Under the pieces are notes generated by a model. It made no database searches and was not told the origin of the DNA. It saw only the letters and a list, made by a program, of their open reading frames with translations. From the NCBI GenBank assembly GCA_020854825.1, contig JAHKLY010000002.1, forward strand, positions 31,487 through 95,486: a stretch of DNA of 64,000 nucleotides, written 5' to 3'. The translations under genes were made by a program, and so were the position numbers. Positions 60,392 through 64,000 of the stretch are shown here, piece after piece; position 1 is the first letter of the stretch, and every line of letters starts with the position of its first letter. The DNA is from Candidatus Micrarchaeota archaeon. Lineage in GTDB: Archaea > Micrarchaeota > Micrarchaeia > Anstonellales > JAHKLY01.

Positions 60392-61663
60392 TTATCCCAA
60401 CTTTAATTTTTCAATTCCAAATATTTTTGTTTCTCCTCCTAAAATTCCAGAGATATTTGCAAATAAGGTTAAACAAATAATAACATCCATAAAAAAACAA
60501 ATAGCAATAAAAATAAACTTCTGTAAAACTTGATTTGCTAAAGCGGCTGTGTAATGAATTGGTTCAGCTGCAAATTCACTTAAATTAATGCCTAATGCAG
60601 CACCAGCAAGTGCAGTTGTTAATTTGGATAATTTACTTAAGGTTCCAAATAATAAATTGTTTATTGTATTGCTAATTACTTCTCCTGCTCTTATCACAGA
60701 TCTTCCAATATATGCAAAAAAGTTTTTTATTTTATCACCTAAATTTGAATTCCAATTAGTTTCTTCGTTTATATCATTTATATTATCTGTTAATGAACCA
60801 AATTCATCAATTAATATATCTCCCCCTTCAGGATAATGTTCATCCATTTTTTCCTGCATTTTTGTTTCATCTTCAAGTTTTTGTTCTAATCTTTCTTCTA
60901 ATAATGCAACAGAAATTGGATCCTCATTATCATATGATAAACCACCTAAGAACATATTGACATATATATATTGATTAAATAAAATAGTCATTGGAAAAAT
61001 GAAATAAAAAGTAATTGCTAATGCAATTAATGTAGAACCTAATCTTCTTGTTATGGGTAATGCGCGTAATATTATCCCCAATGGGAAAAATATTGTGAAT
61101 GAAGTTATTTTAATAAAATCCAATATGGAATCCATTACAGATACTAAAAAGTTTGTCATAATAACAGTTTTAGTTATATCTCCAATCATATCTGCAACTA
61201 TATTCAATCCTGCTAATGGTTGCATGCTTACACTCACTACAAAACCAACAAGACCCCCCATAGGTATGGGAACTCCAAATGTTATTCCATATTTAGAATA
61301 ACCAGATAAAATTGCACTAGTTCGTACTCCTCTTTCCGCAATATTTTGTAGATTTAAATCCAGTACTTTTAGAAACACTTTTCCTTGTGTAAAATATACG
61401 GGATCGTTTATATCTAAAGGTCCTGAATAACCTATTAATGCATAACATACTAATAATACCACATAATGAAGTAAAAACATCCCAAGAAAAACTATTAATA
61501 CAGAATAAATCAATTCTTTAAATTCTTTTTGTGCCCAGCCTTTTAATTGAGGAAATCCTCCCAAAGTAGATATTAAATATGCAAATAAAGCACCGCCTAG
61601 ACTTATCATTAATCCTATAAATACTAGTACATATGCTTGTGAACTAAATACCATATAATTCAT
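60392..61663 (-). CDS. paralog 1 (first gene) of tandem membrane protein family, with acidic insertion
   Basis: FPLGIILRALPITRRLGSTLIALA motif. E/D-rich insertion (EERLEQKLEDETKMQEKMDEH). C-terminal FGIEKLKLG. Confidence 0.6.
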   Translation of the reverse strand: MNYMVFSSQAYVLVFIGLMISLGGALFAYLISTLGGFPQLKGWAQKEFKELIYSVLIVFLGMFLLHYVVLLVCYALIGYSGPLDINDPVYFTQGKVFLKVLDLNLQNIAERGVRTSAILSGYSKYGITFGVPIPMGGLVGFVVSVSMQPLAGLNIVADMIGDITKTVIMTNFLVSVMDSILDFIKITSFTIFFPLGIILRALPITRRLGSTLIALAITFYFIFPMTILFNQYIYVNMFLGGLSYDNEDPISVALLEERLEQKLEDETKMQEKMDEHYPEGGDILIDEFGSLTDNINDINEETNWNSNLGDKIKNFFAYIGRSVIRAGEVISNTINNLLFGTLSKLSKLTTALAGAALGINLSEFAAEPIHYTAALANQVLQKFIFIAICFFMDVIICLTLFANISGILGGETKIFGIEKLKLG

Positions 61664-61724
61664 TTAATTGTGTTAAATATATAAAGGTTTATTTATCGGG
61701 CATTTATAAAGAAATAGTATAAAT

Positions 61725-61790
61725 CGCTCAGTCCGCTCGTCAATCCTCATTGGCTTGCGCCTTAGTGATCACCTTCGTCCTCATTGCGAT
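61725..61790 (-). ncRNA. candidate box C/D-like sRNA or structured 5' leader, upstream of the membrane-paralog operon
   Basis: Minus strand: AUCGC-AAUGAGGA-[12 nt CGAAGGUGAUCA]-CUAA-GGCGCAAGCC-AAUGAGGA-[12 nt UUGACGAGCGGA]-CUGA-GCG. Two C-like boxes (UGAGGA variant of UGAUGA), D'/D boxes, two 12-nt spacers, terminal CGC/GCG stem. It is the only GC-rich intergenic island in the window. Confidence 0.3.
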
Positions 61791-61827
61791 ATAAATATTA
61801 TTGGGTTTTCCTTTATAAATATGTGTA

Positions 61828-62526
61828 TTAATTTATAGTTCTTTTCTTTAAATGTTTAGGCATTTTTTCAATAGCATATCTTAAAGCGGTTCTTGGCATC
61901 TTATGTTTATTTTTCATTACATATTCAAAAACTTGTTTTTGATCTTGATCTGCGCCTACTTTAAGCGCCCAGCCATATGCTTTTTGTACTAGATATTCTT
62001 TGTCCTGCAATAAAATATCAGATATTTCAAAAATAGTTTTTAAGAATTTTTTATCTTTTCTTACAGGAAGAATAAGAGAAACAGCTGATGCTCTTTTCAT
62101 CCACATATTTTTATGTTTTGCCCATTTTTTTAAATGTTTTACATATTTCGGATATTCTAAAATAAAATAACCCATTGTATGACAGCAGAAATCATCACAT
62201 TTTGCCCAATTATTTACATATTTATTTATCCATCTTTCAAATATTTTAAAATCTTGTTCTGTTATTTGTTTTTTTCTTTTATATATCCATTGAAAAACGA
62301 TAAATGTTTCTTCAATTGATTTTGTTTTTAATAGTTCTTCACATTTCTTATAAAATTCCTTTTTATCTAATTCTTTAATATCTTTAAAATATCCATTAGC
62401 TATTTTTCTTACAATAGGAACTCTAACTCCGTGTGCTTTTATTTTATGTCCAAATGCACGATGTAAATTATTTCTATATTTTATATCAATATTTTTTCCT
62501 AATTCTTTTTGTATTTGTTTTAACAT
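61828..62526 (-). CDS. DNA alkylation repair protein (AlkD/AlkC-like HEAT-repeat glycosylase family)
   Basis: All-helical. W..KRASAVSL and KAYGWALK motifs resemble the DNA_alkylation family. Confidence 0.55.
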   Translation of the reverse strand: MLKQIQKELGKNIDIKYRNNLHRAFGHKIKAHGVRVPIVRKIANGYFKDIKELDKKEFYKKCEELLKTKSIEETFIVFQWIYKRKKQITEQDFKIFERWINKYVNNWAKCDDFCCHTMGYFILEYPKYVKHLKKWAKHKNMWMKRASAVSLILPVRKDKKFLKTIFEISDILLQDKEYLVQKAYGWALKVGADQDQKQVFEYVMKNKHKMPRTALRYAIEKMPKHLKKRTIN

Positions 62527-62644
62527 ACTTTATACCTCATGTTATACTTATCCAGTATATACTAGAATGCATAACCTTTATATACTCTACGATACATTGG
62601 ATATATATAAATAATAGAAATATTATAAAATATGAGGTGATTTT

Positions 62645-62884
62645 GTGGTTAATATAAATTTAGGAGCCCCATACGAAGCAATAATTAAAAGAATAATTGA
62701 AAAAGAATATGCAGGAAACCAAACAGAAGTTATAAGACAAGCACTTGTAGAATATGAGAATAAGATACAAGATGATGAAGCAGAAGTAATTAATCGATTT
62801 ATTGAAGATAGAAGAAGAAAAATAAATTCTGGAGAATTAAAACTAATCTCAGCAGAAGAAATTAAAAAGAAATATAAGTTGTGA
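62645..62884 (+). CDS. parD: type II antitoxin, ParD-like
   Basis: YAGNQTEVIRQALVEYEN matches ParD (GRYGSASEVIRAALRLLE). 79 aa. GTG start. Confidence 0.6.
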   Translation: MVNINLGAPYEAIIKRIIEKEYAGNQTEVIRQALVEYENKIQDDEAEVINRFIEDRRRKINSGELKLISAEEIKKKYKL

Positions 62885-62888
62885 TTTC

Positions 62889-63149
62889 ATGGAATTATTA
62901 TTTACTGAAGAAGCTAAAGAAGATCTTCTAAAACTTGATAAATATGAACAAAAAATATTTATGAAACACGCTGAAAAAATTTTAATTTATGAAAATCGAA
63001 AACATTTGAAACATGGTGTTCCACTTTATGTTGAAAAAGTTTCAAAACAAGCTAGGATAATTTACGATATTCAAAAAGAAAAATTAATAATATTAAAAAT
63101 TTGTGCAACACATAAAGAGTATGAAAAGATATATAATGAATTTAGATAA
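62889..63149 (+). CDS. parE: type II toxin, ParE/RelE family
   Basis: 86 aa. ARIIYDIQKEKLIILKICATHKEYEKIY matches the RelE/ParE C-terminal YRI.Y....I.I..I.HR..Y pattern. 4 nt after parD. Confidence 0.6.
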   Translation: MELLFTEEAKEDLLKLDKYEQKIFMKHAEKILIYENRKHLKHGVPLYVEKVSKQARIIYDIQKEKLIILKICATHKEYEKIYNEFR

Positions 63150-63993
63150 TCTGGATATCTAAACATATTTGAAAAACATTGGGTGCATAAGGCCTAACTA
63201 GTTTTTTATTTAATAATTTAGTTTTAAATCCATATTTTTTAGCTATTATTTCAACTTTTTTTATTTTTCTTTCAAATGGGTATTCTTTAGAATCAAACGC
63301 ATTTAAATGCTGTGCATTTAAATATTCGCCAGCTTTGCTGTCGAAAGCATAGATATGTAAAATAGTTCCTGTTTTAGCGCATTTTAAAACATAAGGTAAA
63401 AAATCTAGTGCATTTTTAGGTAAAGGCATAATTATTCTGTCTGCCCATTTTTTAAATTCAGGATATTTTTCAACTATTTTTGAAGCATCTCCTAAAAGCG
63501 CTTTACAATTATTTAATTTATTTAATTTTATATTTTCTTCAAAATATTTTACTGCTTCAGGATTTAATTCAATACCCACTACTTTTGTTTTTGGATTTTT
63601 TTTTGCAATTGTAATTGCAAACGGACCGTATCCTGCAAATGGTACTAAAATGTTTTCATTTCGCCCAGATTGTTCTGCAATACGTTTTCTATCTGTTGAT
63701 AATTTAGTTGAATAAAACATATTAGAAATATCTAATTTAAATAAACAGCTATTTTCTTTATAAGTAGTAACAAAATTTTTTTCTCCAGTAATAACTTTTA
63801 CTTTTCTTATTCTAAATTTACCAGACATCCCTGTTTCTTTTTTTAATACTGTTTTAATATTTTTATGCATCTGCATTACTGCATTACCAATTTGTTGTTC
63901 ATATTTTTCTAATGAGTTGGGTATTTCTATAATTGCAATAGTATTTAAAACTTCAAAAGATGAAACTAATTCATTTAATTCTTTTTCATTCAT
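63142..63993 (-). CDS. trm5: tRNA (guanine37-N1)-methyltransferase Trm5/Taw2-like (Met-10+ family); may extend beyond the window end
   Basis: VPFAGYGPFAITIAKKN...VVGIELNPEAVKYF...GDASKI...DRIIMPLP class-I MTase motifs typical of Trm5/TYW2. The upstream frame is still open at the window edge. Confidence 0.6.
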   Translation of the reverse strand: MNEKELNELVSSFEVLNTIAIIEIPNSLEKYEQQIGNAVMQMHKNIKTVLKKETGMSGKFRIRKVKVITGEKNFVTTYKENSCLFKLDISNMFYSTKLSTDRKRIAEQSGRNENILVPFAGYGPFAITIAKKNPKTKVVGIELNPEAVKYFEENIKLNKLNNCKALLGDASKIVEKYPEFKKWADRIIMPLPKNALDFLPYVLKCAKTGTILHIYAFDSKAGEYLNAQHLNAFDSKEYPFERKIKKVEIIAKKYGFKTKLLNKKLVRPYAPNVFQICLDIQII

Positions 63994-64000
63994 TAAATTT

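Overview
AT-rich (roughly 28-30% GC), gene-dense archaeal chromosome segment, read from sequence only with no database searches. Small-genome archaeal features (ArgRS, ThrRS, PolD DP1/DP2, Orc1/Cdc6, Cdc48, PCNA, proteasome alpha/beta, exosome Rrp4/Rrp41/Rrp42/Csl4, KEOPS Pcc1/Bud32, aIF1A/aIF2beta, RIO1, aCPSF1, SecDF) point to a DPANN-like or similar reduced archaeon; this is inference. The window contains the conserved archaeal 'exosome-proteasome superoperon' (psmA-sdo1-rrp4-rrp41-rrp42-rpl37ae-rpoP-pcc1-pfdB), PolD, and a bacterial-type nrdR-nrdD-nrdG operon with a perfect NrdR-box operator. Accessory content includes an ultraminimal [FeFe]-hydrogenase H-cluster protein, a diadenylate cyclase, a peptidoglycan amidase (Amidase_2)-like protein, a 1241-aa beta-helix surface protein with a Kazal/DUF333 lipoprotein next to it, a ParDE toxin-antitoxin pair, and two intron-containing tRNA genes whose T-arm introns share a homologous polypyrimidine/polypurine palindromic element. 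A third copy of that element lies in intergenic DNA. The strongest candidate for a novel system is a translationally coupled operon of six paralogous polytopic membrane proteins (54878..61663, minus strand) sharing an 'R-x-F-P-x-T-R-x-x-G-G' motif and a conserved C-terminal motif. A candidate box C/D-like RNA or structured leader lies just upstream of it.
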